Under the pieces are notes generated by a model. The model did no database searches, was not told the origin of the DNA, and was given only the letters and a program-made list of their open reading frames with translations. Made by a program: the position numbers and the translations under genes. This document shows, one piece after another, positions 13,064 to 25,207 of a stretch of 64,000 nucleotides of DNA. Within the stretch, counting starts at the first letter, position 1. Every line of letters begins with the position of its first letter. Source of the stretch: Pristiophorus japonicus (taxonomy: Eukaryota); contig NC_091991.1 in NCBI RefSeq assembly GCF_044704955.1, forward strand, positions 164,672,001-164,736,000. The letters run 5' to 3'.

Positions 13064-13991
13064 TAGCCTGTAAGAACTGAGCTGTTAATTTTGTGCTCCT
13101 TCAATAAAATTTGCCTGAAATATGTGTGTAGCAAATAGTTCAACTAAATTCTGTTGTCTCTCTCAACAATTTATTCCTTTAAGAAATTAACTAAGCAGCA
13201 AGTACTCAACTATAAGAGACAGAGTTTATACAAGCTTCCTCTGTTAAACCCAAGGGTTTGTAACTATGTTATTATTGCTTCAAGACTATAGGTTTGTGAA
13301 ATGTTAACCAATTTCAACAAAGGTTTCAGTGCAAGTGCAATAATTAGCCAGGTCCCTGAGCTAAGGAGAGGAAAATCAGTTGCTGATTTCTATCTAGTCA
13401 CCCTGGCATGTAGCTATCAAATGGAGACAGGACTAGGCTTTATTGCGTCAGCCTCCATGGTAAAATAATCAGTTTGGCAAATATCACAAACAGATTATCT
13501 GGCACTTGTGTGGCGCGAATGTTACTTGGCATTTATCAGCCCTAGCCTGAACCTCATCCAGGTTTTGCTGAATGTGGGTATGGACTGCTTCATTATCTGA
13601 GGTGCAACAAGATGTTGTCAGAGAAAGGTGAAGGAGATTCACAATTAAAATAATTCAGGGTTCTTCTAGTAAAACTTTAAAAGGGATATAAGTTCTAGGA
13701 TATATATTCTCTATTCAAATACGTACAAAGTGAGGGGAGATCTATAAATAGCTGCACACTCACACAGAAGTACTGTTCCCCTCCCTTTCAAATCTGCTGT
13801 TATCACCTCCTCCTCAAAACCCCACCCTTGCCCCCTCTGTCCTTGCATACTAACGCCCCATCTCCAACCTCACTTTCCTCTCAAAAGCTCCTTGAAAATG
13901 TGTTTGCCTCCCAAATCCGTGCCCATCTTTTCCGCAACTCCCTGTTTGAATCCCTCTGATCAGATTTCCATCCCTGCCACAACAATGAATC

Positions 13992-14435
13992 AGCCGTGGT
14001 TCAGTGGGTAGCACTCTCGCCTCTGAGTCAGAAGGTCGTGGGTTCATAGTCCCACTCCAGGGACTTGAGCACATAAAATCTAGTCTGGCACTCCTGAGGG
14101 AGGGCTGCACTGTCAGAGGTGCCGTCTTTCTGATGAGAATTTAAACCGAGGCCCCATCTGCCCTCTCAGGCGGGTGTAAAAGATCCCATGGCACTATTTT
14201 GAAGAAGAGCAGGGGAGTTATCCGCGGTGTCCTGGCCAATATTTATCCCTCAATCAACGTAACAAAAAACAGATTATCTGGTCTTTATTACTTTGCTGTT
14301 TGTGGGAGCTTGCTGTGCGCAAACTGGCCGCCGCGTTTCCCACATTACAACAGTCACTACACTTCATTGGCTGTAAAGCACTTTGGGACGTCCCGAGGTG
14401 GTGAAAGGCGCTGTATAAATGTGAGTCTCTCTTTC
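13992..14435 (+). mobile_element. tRNA-derived DeuSINE (SacSINE1-like), full length
   Basis: Pol III A box (TGGTTCAGTGG), B-box-like GGTTCATAGTCCC, Deu domain GTAAAAGATCCCATGGCACTATTT..., L2-like tail GGCGCTGTATAAATG. Confidence 0.88.
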
Positions 14436-14589
14436 TCCCCCTCGCATTTTCCCCACTATTCACTGAAAGCATGAACTTTACCAAAAGTAAACACCCAATC
14501 CCACCCAAACACTGACATCATTAATACTGGCCCACCATCACAGGAAGGCCCCCATGTTAGCTGACCAAATTACTTAGCTGTCATTTAAA

Positions 14590-15110
14590 ACAAAATACAT
14601 GATTGGTTGCAGTGTGCTGGATTTTTAAACCCTATAAAACGGTGTGTGATTATAATATTTTATAGATAAGCCAACAACACGAGCCTATTTAGCAGCAGGT
14701 GGTCCACCCGGCGAGGTTTCGGCCGACTTACACGCGCAATATTTAATCGGAACTTAGCCATGAGTTACGGGGGAGGCGAATTCCCGAGAAAGTGGAGACA
14801 ACTTTGTGTTGCGAGATGTTGACATTTGGGGACAGGCGGCGCGGCGGGCGTGCGTGCGGGTGACGCAGTTAGCCCAGGGCAGCAAAGGGGTGGAGAAGGA
14901 CCCCCCCCCCCCCCGGGTGACGCGCTATCTGTGCGCCGGCCCGGCGGTGCCCGGATGTGGCGCTGAGGAAAATGCCGAAAGTGAAGCGGAGCCGCAAACC
15001 GCCGCCCGACGGCTGGGAGCTGATCGAGCCCACGCTGGACGAGCTGGACCAGAAGATGCGGGAGGGTGAGTGGGAGAGGGAGTCGTCCCCCCCCCCCCCC
15101 GGGCATCGGC
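14590..15110 (+). promoter_or_regulatory. CpG-island promoter of BUD31
   Basis: GC/CpG-rich; ATTGG (reverse CCAAT) ~14602; two CGGGTGACGC CRE half-sites (~14857, ~14914); ETS-like CCGGATGT at 14951. Confidence 0.7.
14972..15065 (+). CDS. BUD31: BUD31 coding exon 1 (spliceosomal protein BUD31/G10)
   Basis: ATG at 14972 gives [31 protein letters not shown], the BUD31 N-terminus; donor G|GTGAG; 94 nt, phase 1. Confidence 0.97.
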
Positions 15111-15134
15111 CACACAAACAAAAGCTCACAATGG

Positions 15135-16195
15135 CAGGGATGTTTACAGCACGGGAGGAGGCCATTTCGGCCCACCGTGTCCTCGCCGGCCGACCAAGAG
15201 CTGTCCAGCCTAATCCCACTTTCCAGCTCTTGGTCCGTAGCCCTGGAGGTTACGGCACTTCAAGTGCACATCCAGGTACCTTTTAAATGTGGTGAGGGTT
15301 TCTGCCTCTACCACCCTTTCAGGCAGTGAGTTCCAGACCCCCACCATCCCTCTGGGTGAAAACATTTCCCCTCATATCTCCTCTAACCCTCCCCATTACT
15401 TTAAATCTATTCCCCCCCCCCCGGCCCCCTGGTTATTGACCCCTTTGCTAAAAAAGACATCATCATCACAGGCAGTCCCTCGGAATCGAGGAAGACTTGC
15501 TTCCACTCTTAAAATGAGTCCCTAGGTGGCTGAACAGTCCAATACGAGAGCCACAGTCTCTGTCACAGGTGGGACAGATAGTTGTTGAGGGAAGGGGGTG
15601 GGTGGGACAGGTTTGCCGCACGCTCCTTCCGCTGCCTGCGCGATTTATATAGCACCTTTCACAACCGCCGGACGTCTCAAGGCGTTTTACGGCCAATGAA
15701 GCACTTTTGGAGTGTAGTCACTGTTGTAATGTGGGAAACGCAGCAGCCAATTTGCACACAGCAAGCTCCCACAAACAGCAGTGTGATGATTAAATAATCT
15801 GTTTTTTTTAAATGTTGATTTGAGGGGTAAAAATTGATCAGGTCACCGGGGATAACTCCCCTGCTCTTCAAAATAGTGCCATGGGATCTATTCCGTCGAC
15901 TTGAGATGGCCTCGGTTTAACATCTGACCCGAAAGATGGGAAATAGGTCCGTTCTTATCTACTCTATCTAGGCCCCTCTTAATTTTATGCATCTCCCCTC
16001 AGCCTCCTCTGTTCCAAGGAAAACAAACCCAGCCTATCCAATCTTTCCTCATCGCTAAAATTCTCCAGTCCAGGCAATATCCTTGTAAATTTCCTCTGTA
16101 CCCTCTCTAGTGCAATCACATCCTTCCTGTAATGTGGTGACCAGAAATGCACAAGGTACTCTAGCTGTGGCCTAACCAGTGTTTTATACAGTTCA
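15135..16195 (-). mobile_element. CR1 3' fragment carrying a nested truncated SINE (15452-15937), itself carrying an RTE 3' end (15458-15641)
   Basis: Host CR1 breaks at CCCCTTTGCTAA and resumes at GGGAAATAGG; (CAT)n tail of RTE; SINE Deu domain in reverse. Confidence 0.8.
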
Positions 16196-16214
16196 GAACC
16201 ACCATGTGTTTATA

Positions 16215-16385
16215 AAAGGAACAGAAAATGCTGGAAGCGCTCAGCGGGTCAGGCAGCATGTGAGGAGCGAGAAATAGAGTTAATGTTTCAGGTCGATGAT
16301 CCTTCGTCAGAACTGGAAAAAGTTAGAGATGTAACAGATTTTAAACAAATGCAAAGGCAGGGAAAGGGGGAGGGGAGGAAAAGAA
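16215..16385 (-). mobile_element. Penelope-like element terminal fragment with hammerhead motif
   Basis: ACAGAAAATGCTGGAA...CTCAGCGGGTCAGGCAGCAT repeat; related pieces at ~6190, ~57200, ~61705-61840, ~62085. Confidence 0.65.
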
Positions 16386-16407
16386 ACACAGACTTGCATT
16401 TATATAG

Positions 16408-19400
16408 TGTAAAGTCCTTACTCTCCAGTATGAAACCACACGAGGCACATTCTAGGGACAAGGTCACTCTGTGACCGTAACTCTTTATTCACAGGACTCC
16501 AAAGACAATGACCCTGCGTGGGACCTCCCTTTTTATACCTGTGTGATCAGGTAAGGAGTGTCTCTCACAAATTCGCCCCTTGTGGTCAAGGTGTGCATCT
16601 AGGGTTGAGTGTATACAGTGGTGTTACAGTGTGGTTACATACATGACATCACCTCCCCCCCCCCCCCCCCCCCCAAAGTCTTATTGGGATCATAGGTTTA
16701 GTCTTTCAGGTGGTCTACGCTCCCTCGTGGAGCGCCGCAGTTGGGGCTCTGGTTGTTGGACACTGACATGAGTGTCTGTCACCTGTAGTGATTCCGGGCT
16801 GACCGCAGGGACTGTGCATTCTTCTGATTGCTCTTATTGCTTGTTGAATGGCGGTATTGTGAGATCCATCTCATGGTCTTCTTCAGGTTCCTCCATATCG
16901 ATGCTGAACCTTTTTTTTTTACTTGGTCCAGATGCTTACGGCATATCTAACCATTGTTGAGTTTTACCACGATGACCCTATTCCCCTCTTTGTCAATTAC
17001 AGTGCCCTCAAGCCATTTGGGCCCCATGGCGTGATTGAGGACGAATATAGGATCATTTATTTCTATACATCTCCCCCTCGAATTACGGTCATGGTATTCG
17101 TTTTGTGACTTGCGCTTGCCCTCAACTATGTCGGTCAGAACTGGGTGAATGAGTTTTGAGTGTCCGTTTCATTAGTAGCTCTGCGGGCGGGACCCCCATG
17201 ATCGAGTGTGGTCAGGATCTATAGGTCAGCAGGAGACGCTGTAGGCGGCATTGTAGGGAGGATCCTTGAATCCTGAGCATACCTTGCTTAATGATTTGGA
17301 CCGCACGTTCCGCCTGGCCATCGGAGGCCACTTGAACAGCGCATTCCTGATGTGGTTGATGCAATTGCCCAACATAAACTCTTGGAATTCGTTGTTTGTG
17401 AAACATGGGCCATTATCACTAACCAGGATGTCCGGCAAGCCATAGGTTGCAAAGATCGCACGTAGGCTTTCCACGGTGGTGGATGACGTGCATGAATTCA
17501 GAATGATGCACTCGATCCATTTCGAGTACGCATCTACCACAATAAGGAACATCTTTCCCATGAGCGGGCCCGCGTAGTCAACATGAATGCGTGACCATGG
17601 CCTGGTGGACCAGGGCCACGGGCTGAACGGGGCCTCCCTGAGGCATTACCCAGCTGGGCACACGTCGTGCACCTGCGAACACAGTGTTCCAGGTCTGATT
17701 CAATTCCAGGCCACCAAACTTGTGACCGGTCAATGGCCTTCATCAGCACAATGCCTGGGTGCTCGCTGTGGAGTACCCTGATGAATGCCTCCCTGCCCTT
17801 CTGGGGCATAACTACCCGGCTGCTCCATAGTAGGCAGTCGGCTTGGATGGAGAGCTCATCCATCCATCCGTCTGTGGAACGGTTTGACCTCCTCAGGACA
17901 TGCTCCGTGTGCGGGCGCCCAATCCCCAGTCAAGACACATTTCTTAATCAGGGATAGGAGGGGATCTCTGTTTGTCCAGATTTTGATCTGGCGGGCTGTG
18001 ATGGGGGAGCCTGCGCTGTCAAAGGCATCGACAGCCATGACCATCTTGGCGCTTTGCTCCACTGCCCCCTCGGTGGTGGCCAGTGGAAGCCTGCTGAGCG
18101 CGTCAGCGCAATTTTCAGTGCCGGGCCGGTGCTGGATGGAGTAGTCATAAGCAGCCAGCGTGCGAGCCCATCGCTGTATGCGAGCTGATGTGTTGGCATT
18201 GATAGCCTTGCTGTCTGACAACAGGGATGTTAATGGCTTGTGGTCCATCTCTAATTCAAACTTCCTACCAAAGAGGTACTAATGCATTTTTTTTTACACC
18301 ATAGACACATGCAAGCGCTTCCTTCTCAACCATCCCATATCCCCGTTCTGCTTGAGAGCGCGACCTGGAGGCATAAGCCACAGGTTGTAGTTGGCCCTCG
18401 GCATTGCCCTGCTGCAACACGCACCCAACCCCATAGGACGATGCATCACATCTCAGAACCAATTTTTTACAGGGGTCGTACAGGGTCACCAACTTGTTTC
18501 ATCAAAGTAGGTTTCGCGCCCGATCAAAAGCCCGTTGCTGAAAGTCCCCCCAAAACCAATCGCAACCTTTACGCAGGAGCACGTGTAGCGGCTCCAACAA
18601 CGTGCTCAAGTTCGGCAGAAAGTTCCCGAAATAGTTCAACAGTCCCAGGAATGAACGTAACTCCGATGTTTGCAGGGCCTGGGTGCTCATCGAATCGCCT
18701 CTGTTTTGGATTCGGTGGGCCGAATCCCATCTGCAGCAACCCTCCTGCTCAGAAACTCAACCTCGGGAGCTAAGAACACATATTTAGACTTCTTGAGTTG
18801 CAGGCCTACCCGGTCCAGTTGGCGTAGCACCTCCTCCAGGTTGTGGAGGTGTTCCTTGGTGTCTCGACCCGTGATGAGGATGTCGTCCTGGAATACGATC
18901 GTTCCAAGAATGGATTTAAGCAGGCTTTCCATGTTTCATTGAAAAATCGCGGCCGCTGATCGAATGCCAAATGGGCACCTGTTATAAACGAACAGTCCCT
19001 TGTGCGTGGTGATGGTAGTCAGTAGTTTAGATTTGTTGGCCAGTTCCTGGGTCATATAGGCTGAAGTGAGGTCCAACTTGGTGAACAGCTTGCCACCTGC
19101 CAGGTCCTCCACCCTCGGTTGCGGGTATTGATCTTGGGACACCTGATTGATGGTGACCTTGTAGCCACCACAGATCCTGACACAGCCATCTGCTTTTAGA
19201 ACGGGAACGATGGGGCTCGCCCAGTCGCTGAATTCAACAGGCGAGATGATGCCCTCTCTCAACAGCCGGTCCAATTCGCTCTCGATCTTTTCCCGTATCA
19301 CATACGGCACCGTTCTGGCTTTGTGATGCACTGGCCTGGCGTCCGGGGTGATGTGTATCACTACTTTAGTGCCTTTGAAAGTTGACGCCAGGTTGGAATA

Positions 19401-21056
19401 GTGAATCGAATTGTTGTAGGACTTGTGAGCACGAACTTCGCTCCACAGATGACATTGCGTGAACATCCCCCTATTTCCAGTTCATCTTGGCTAACCAGCT
19501 CCTCCCCAACAGTGCGGGACCATTGCTCGGGACAATCCAGAGCGGCAGCCGATTCACTAACCCATTGTGTGTGACAGACAACATTGCACTGCCCAGCACT
19601 GGAATGATTTCTTTAGTGTAAGTCCGTAATTGTGTCTCAATATGTGTTAATTTGGGTCTACTGGCTTTAAGTGGCCATAGCTTCTCAAATTGCTGAATGC
19701 CCATGAGTGACTGGCTGGCCCCAGTGTCCAGCTCCATGTGTACTGGGATACCGTTTAATAAAACCCTCATCATCATTGGTGGCGTTTTGGTGTATGAACT
19801 GTGAATATTCGCCACATGGATCCGCTGAACCTCGGCATCCATCGATTTGCCCCAAAAGTCATCCTGCCTCATTGCAGTTTCTGCAGACAAACTGTTGAAA
19901 TCTGCAAGATCTAGCTGAGTGTTTTCCCCCACATCTCCAGCATGAGTTAAAGTTTCCATTGTTGGGGCAAAGGGACTATGGCCAGGCATTCCGCGCTGAC
20001 TGTCCCTTTGACTGCTCTTAAGTACCCTATTAGTGGGTGTCAATGGCCACATCCCGGGCCGCATTGTCCACTGTGATGGCGTGAATGACCGTTCAGCCTG
20101 CCATTGTCTCTGTTGAAGTCCTACTCTGGGGTCTATTGCTGCCTGAGGAGTGTCGGACTGCCCCTGCCTGCCTGCGGGGCTCTGAGTTGCATTGATGATG
20201 TTGACTCCCTGATCCATCGCCGCGTTAGAGGCAGAATTGTGCGCGTATATTATTTTCTTCTCTTCCTCCCCCGCCATGAAAGTTTGAGCTATCAATGCCG
20301 CCGCTTCCAAGGTCAGATCCTTGGTCTCAATAAATTTGCAGAAAATTCCCGCATGACCGATGCCCTCGATAAAGAAGTCCCTTAGCATCTCCCCCCTGCA
20401 GGCGTATGTGAACTTAGAGGCTGGCCAAACGCGGGAAGTCTGCTACGAAGTCCGGTATGCTCTGTCCTTCATGACGTGGTGGGTGTAGAATCTGTGTCGG
20501 GCCATATGTATGCTAATCGCCAGTTTGAGGTGCTCCCCGATCAATTTGCTAAGTTCTTCAAAGGTTTTGTCTGCCGGCTTTTCGGGTGCGAGTAAGTCCT
20601 TCATGAGCGTGTAAGTCTTTGGTCCGCAGCTGGTCAAAAAATGAGCCCTTCGCTTGTCGGCCGCTGCATCCCCCAACCATTTTTTTGTAACGAAGCTTTG
20701 CTGAAGCCTCTCGACAAAATCGTTCCAGTCTGCTCCAACACAGTACCGTTTCTCTGTGCTACCGGTGGCCATTCTCGAGGGTCGTGAATTCCCGTTTCTT
20801 GTCGCCAATGTAAAGTCCTTACTCTACAGTATGAAACCACATGAGGCACATTCTGGGGACAAGGTCACTCTGTGACCATAACTCTTTATTCACAGGACTC
20901 CAAAGACGATGACCCTGCGTGGGAACTCCCTTTTTATACCTGTGTGATCAGGTAAGGAGTGTCTCCCACAAGTTCACCCCTTGTGGTCAAGGTGTGCATC
21001 TAGGTTGAGTGTATACAGTAATACAGTGGTGTTACATTGTGGTTACATACATGACA
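16408..21056 (-). mobile_element. Second Ty3/Gypsy (Mag-like) LTR retrotransposon, antisense in BUD31 intron 1, decayed
   Basis: LTRs 16408-16648 and 20809-21056 (TG...CA); TSD TATAG (16403-16407, 21057-21061); PBS TGGCGACAAG (-) at 20798-20807; poly-C PPT at ~16652-16674; gag/PR/RT/RH/IN fragments in the ORF track. Confidence 0.97.
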
Positions 21057-21061
21057 TATAG

Positions 21062-21480
21062 TGCCTTTCACAACCACCGGATGTCCCAAAATGCTTTACA
21101 GCCAATGCAGTACTTTTGGAATGTAGTCACTTGTAATGTGGGCAACGCAGCAGCCAATTTGCGCACAGCAAACTCCCACAAACAGCAATGTGATAATGAC
21201 CAAATAATCTGTTTTTGTGATGTTGATTGAGGGATAAATATTGGCCAGGACACTGGGGATAACTCCCCTGCTTTTCTTCAAATAGTGCCATGGGATCTTT
21301 TACGTCCACGTGAAGGAGCAGATGTCATCTGAAAGATGGCCCCTCTGACTGTGCAGCACTCTCTCAGTACTGCACTGGAGTGTCAGCCTAGATTTCTGTG
21401 CTCAAGTCACTGGAGTGGGACTCGAACCCACGATGTTCTGACTCAGGTGAGGGTGTTACCCACTGAAGCACAGCTGACAC
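21062..21480 (-). mobile_element. DeuSINE whose tail (16391-16407) was split off by the Gypsy insertion
   Basis: GACTTGCATTTATATAG|TGCCTTTCACAACCACCGG rejoins across the LTR element. Confidence 0.88.
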
Positions 21481-21796
21481 TGAATGGGGCTATACCTTTC
21501 AGGAAAGGATATACAGACTGAACAAGATGACCTGCTGAGCTTTCTGTTTTTATGTACAGACTGGATCTCTTTTTTTTTCCCTTGAAAGGGGCAGCGGCAG
21601 AGATGGGCGTTGTTATGGAGGTGGAAGTCGGTCGTGATGGAGAGGATATGGAGTTGGCAGCTCAGCTCCAGGTCAAATAGGAAGTGAAGTTGTGAACCGT
21701 CTGTTTCAGCCTGAGACAGTAGCCAGAGATAGGGATGGGAATGGAGTTTGTGGCAACAACAAAGGCAATGGCGGGGTTGAGAGATGGTGGAGAGGT

Positions 21797-24688
21797 CATC
21801 ATCATCATCATAGACAGTCCCTCAGAATAATAATAACATAAGAAATAGGAACAGGAGTAGACCATACGGCGCCTCGAGCCTGCTCCGCCATTCAATACGA
21901 TCATGGCTGATCTGATCATGGACTGAGTTCCACTTCCCCGCCCGCTCCCCATAACTCCTTATCCCCTTATTCACTCTAAAAGTAAGTTCTCCGGTGACTG
22001 AGGAGTCCAATGCGGGACCTACAGTCTCTGTCACAGGTGAGGCAGACAGTGGTAGAAGGAAAGGGTGGGTGGGGAGTCTGGGTTGACACACACTCCTTCT
22101 GTTGTCTACGCTTGATTTCTGCTTGTTCTCTCCGATGGGACTCGAGTTGCTCAGCGCCCTCCTGGATGCTCTGCCTCCATTTTGGGCGGTCCTGGGCCGG
22201 AGATTCCCAGGTGTCGGTGGGGATGTTGCACTTTATCAAGGAGGCTTTGAGGGTGTCCTTGAAGCGTTTCCTCTTCCCACTTGGGACTCACTTGCCGTGT
22301 CGAAGCTCCGCTTAGAGCGCTTGCTTTGGGAGTCTCGTGCCGGGCATGTGGACGATGTGGCCCACCCAACGGAGCTGATCGAGCGTGGTCAATGCTTCGA
22401 TGTTGGTCTGAGCGAGAACACTCACATTGGTGTGCCTATCCTGCCAATGGATTAGCAGGAACTTGCAGAGGGCGGTGCTGGTGGTACTTCTCCAGTGCTT
22501 TTTAGGTGTCTGCTGTATATAGTCCACATCTCTGAGCCATATAGGAGGGTGGATATCACTACAGCCCTGTAGACCAAAAGCTTGGTGCCGGATTTGAGGT
22601 CCTGGTCTTCAAACACACTTCCTCATGCGACCGAAGGCTGCGCTGGCGCCCTGAAGGCGTTGTTGAACTTCGTCGTTAATGTCTGCTCTTGCTGACGGGA
22701 TGCTCCCGATGTATGGAAAATGGTCCACAATGTCAGGTTACGTCGTGGATTTTGATAATGCAGGGGGGGGGGGGGGGTGGGCAGTGCTGTGTGGCGGGTC
22801 AGGTTGGTAGAGGACCTTTGTCTTATGGATGTTTAGTGTAAAGCCCATGCTATCGTACGCCTTGGTGAAGATGTTGTCGATGGCTTGGGAGTTCAGCCTC
22901 CGAGTGTGCGCAGATGCAAGCGTCGTCTGTGTACTGTAGTTCAATGACAGAGGATGGGACGACCTTGGATCTGGCCTGGAGGCAGCGGAGGTTGAACAAA
23001 TTCCCATTTGTTCTGTAATTTAGCTCCATTCCAGCGGGGAGCTTGCTATGGGTGAGATGAAGCATTACAGGAAGAAAGATCGAAAAGAGCATTGGTGCGA
23101 TGACTCAGCCTTGCTTGACCCCGGTCCGGACGTGGATTGGATCTGGTGGATCCATTGGTCAGGATCACAGCTTGCATGAAATCGTGGAGCAGATGTAGGA
23201 TGGTGACAAACTTTTGAGGGCAGCCGAAACAGAGGAGGGCACTCCATAATCCCTCACGGTTGACAGTGTCAAAGGCCATTGTGAGGTCCCAGTGGTTGGT
23301 GCTGTTCAATGCATTTCTCTTGTAGTTGTCACGTGGTGAAGATCATGTCTGTTGTACGCCTTAGCCGGAATTGTGACTCTGGGAGGAGCTCTGCAGCCAC
23401 AGGGAGACGACGATTGAGGAGGATTCTTGCGATGACTTTCCCTGTAGCTGACAGCAGGGAGATTCCTCTGTAGTTACCGCAGTCGGACTTGTCCCTTTTT
23501 TTGAAGATGGTCACGATTACTGAGTCCCTGAGATCTCCTGGCATGCTCTTCTCCTTCCAGATAAGAGAAATGAGGTCATTTATTTGTGCCAGTAGTGTTT
23601 CTGCACTATTTAGTGTTTTGGCGGGAATTCCATCATCTCCTGTTGCCTTGTTATTCTTCAGCTGTAGGATGGCCTTTTCTACCTCGTGCCGGGATGGGGT
23701 TGTGCTGAGATGGTGGCGGGTAGCATGTTGCGGGATGGAGTCGAGGACACTTGCGTCGAAGACAGAATCTCGGTTAAGGAAATCTTCGAAATGCTCCTTC
23801 CAATGGGCACTGACTGCCTCTCTGTCCTTGATGAGTACCTCACCGTTCTTGGCCAGCAGTGAGATAGGGCCTTTGGTGCTTGGGCCGTAGATGGTCTTGA
23901 CTGCGCTGAAGAATCCTCGCATGTGGTGGTTGTTGGCTAACTGCTGGATCTCCTGTGCTTTCTCTACCCACCATCTGTTTTTTTTAGGTCGCGGGTTTTT
24001 TGTTGGACCTCGGCCTTCAGCCGTCTGTAGAGCTGCTTCCTTGTTCTCGTGTTGGGTTGCTGTTTTAAATTCAGAAATGCCTTGCGCTTGCGGATAATTA
24101 GCTCCTGGATTTCCTGGTCGTTCTCGTCAAACCAGTCTTGGTGTTTCCTGGTCAAGTGATCGAGCGTCTCCTCGCAGGTGCTGATTATGTAGGCCTTGAG
24201 AGCAGACCAGGTGCTGTGGGCACTCTGCGTCTCAGGGTCATTGAGGGTTGGCACTGAGGCGCTGGCTGAATAGGGCTTTCTTATCAGGGTCTTTGAGTGC
24301 CTCTGCGTTGACTTTCCTGCGGCATTGTTTCTGTTGCTGTCGCTGTTTCGGGGCTATAATGACAAAGCGGATTAGGCAGTGGTCCATCCAGCAGTCGTCA
24401 TCTCTTGTCATGGCGCGTGTGATGTGCACGTCCTTGCGGTCTCTCGCGCGAACGATGACTTAGTCGAGCAGATGCCAGTGGTTGGAGAGAGGATGCTGCC
24501 ATGATGCCTTGTACTTGTCTCTCTGGCGGAACAAAGTGTTGGTGATGACCAGGCCATGTTCTCAGCATTTTGTCAGGAGAAGGGTACCACTGGAGTTGGG
24601 TTTCCGTACCCCTCTCTGCCGATCACACCTCCCCAGAGGTCTGTGTCCTTTCCGACTCTGGCATTAAAATCGCCAAGAAGGATCAGCT
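21797..24688 (-). mobile_element. RTE-clade LINE (EN + RT), decayed; CR1 3' fragment inserted at ~21829-21970
   Basis: (CAT)n tail; NYRGISLLSATGKVIARILLNR, QYTDD, LRWVGHIVHM..RLPKQ, HQDWFDEND motifs typical of RTE. Confidence 0.9.
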
Positions 24689-25060
24689 TAGAACATAAGA
24701 ACGTAAGAAATTGGAACAAGAGTATGCCATACGGCCCCTCGAGCCTGCTCCACCATTCAACCAGATCATGGCCGATCTGATCATGGAATCAGCTCCACCT
24801 CCTCGCTCGCTCCCCATAAACCCCTTATCGTTCAAGAAACTCTCTATTTCTGTCTTAAATTTATTCAATGACCCAGCTTCCACAGCTCTGAGACAGCAAA
24901 TTCTACAGATTTACAACCCTCGAATTCCTCCTCATCTTTGTTTTAAATGGGTGGCCCCTTATTCTAAGATCATGTCCTCTAGTTCTAGTCTTCCCCCATC
25001 AGTGGAAACATCTTCTCTGTATCCACCCTGTCAAGCCCCCTCATAATCTTATACGTTTCG
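24689..25060 (-). mobile_element. CR1 3' fragment
   Basis: AACATAAG tail; CR1 3'UTR (GAGCCTGCTCCACCATTCAA). Confidence 0.85.
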
Positions 25061-25207
25061 TTGGGACTCGGGACATGGCTTGTTCGAGACTGGAGTAGAA
25101 TTCCTCTGGTCTCATCTGTAGCGTCCAGATGAGAGGTAGAGCTGGGTGAAATGGGAGACCATAGAGTCCTGGAACACTGCCTTGTAGTTAATCTTGCTTC
25201 GTGTGGT

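Noticed and set aside
11798-13113. Possible minus-strand exon interrupted by an LTR-like insertion
   Set aside because: Rejoining the flanks gives only a short peptide ending in a stop with no recognisable homology; the TSD is unconvincing
13992-14065. tRNA-like sequence with A/B boxes (also at 39845 and 43643)
   Set aside because: These are SINE heads continuing into the Deu domain and tail, not tRNA genes
14957-15286. 109-aa ORF as the full BUD31 or an extended isoform
   Set aside because: It starts at a non-ATG codon and runs past the GT donor at 15066 into CR1 sequence; the spliced model gives the canonical 144 aa
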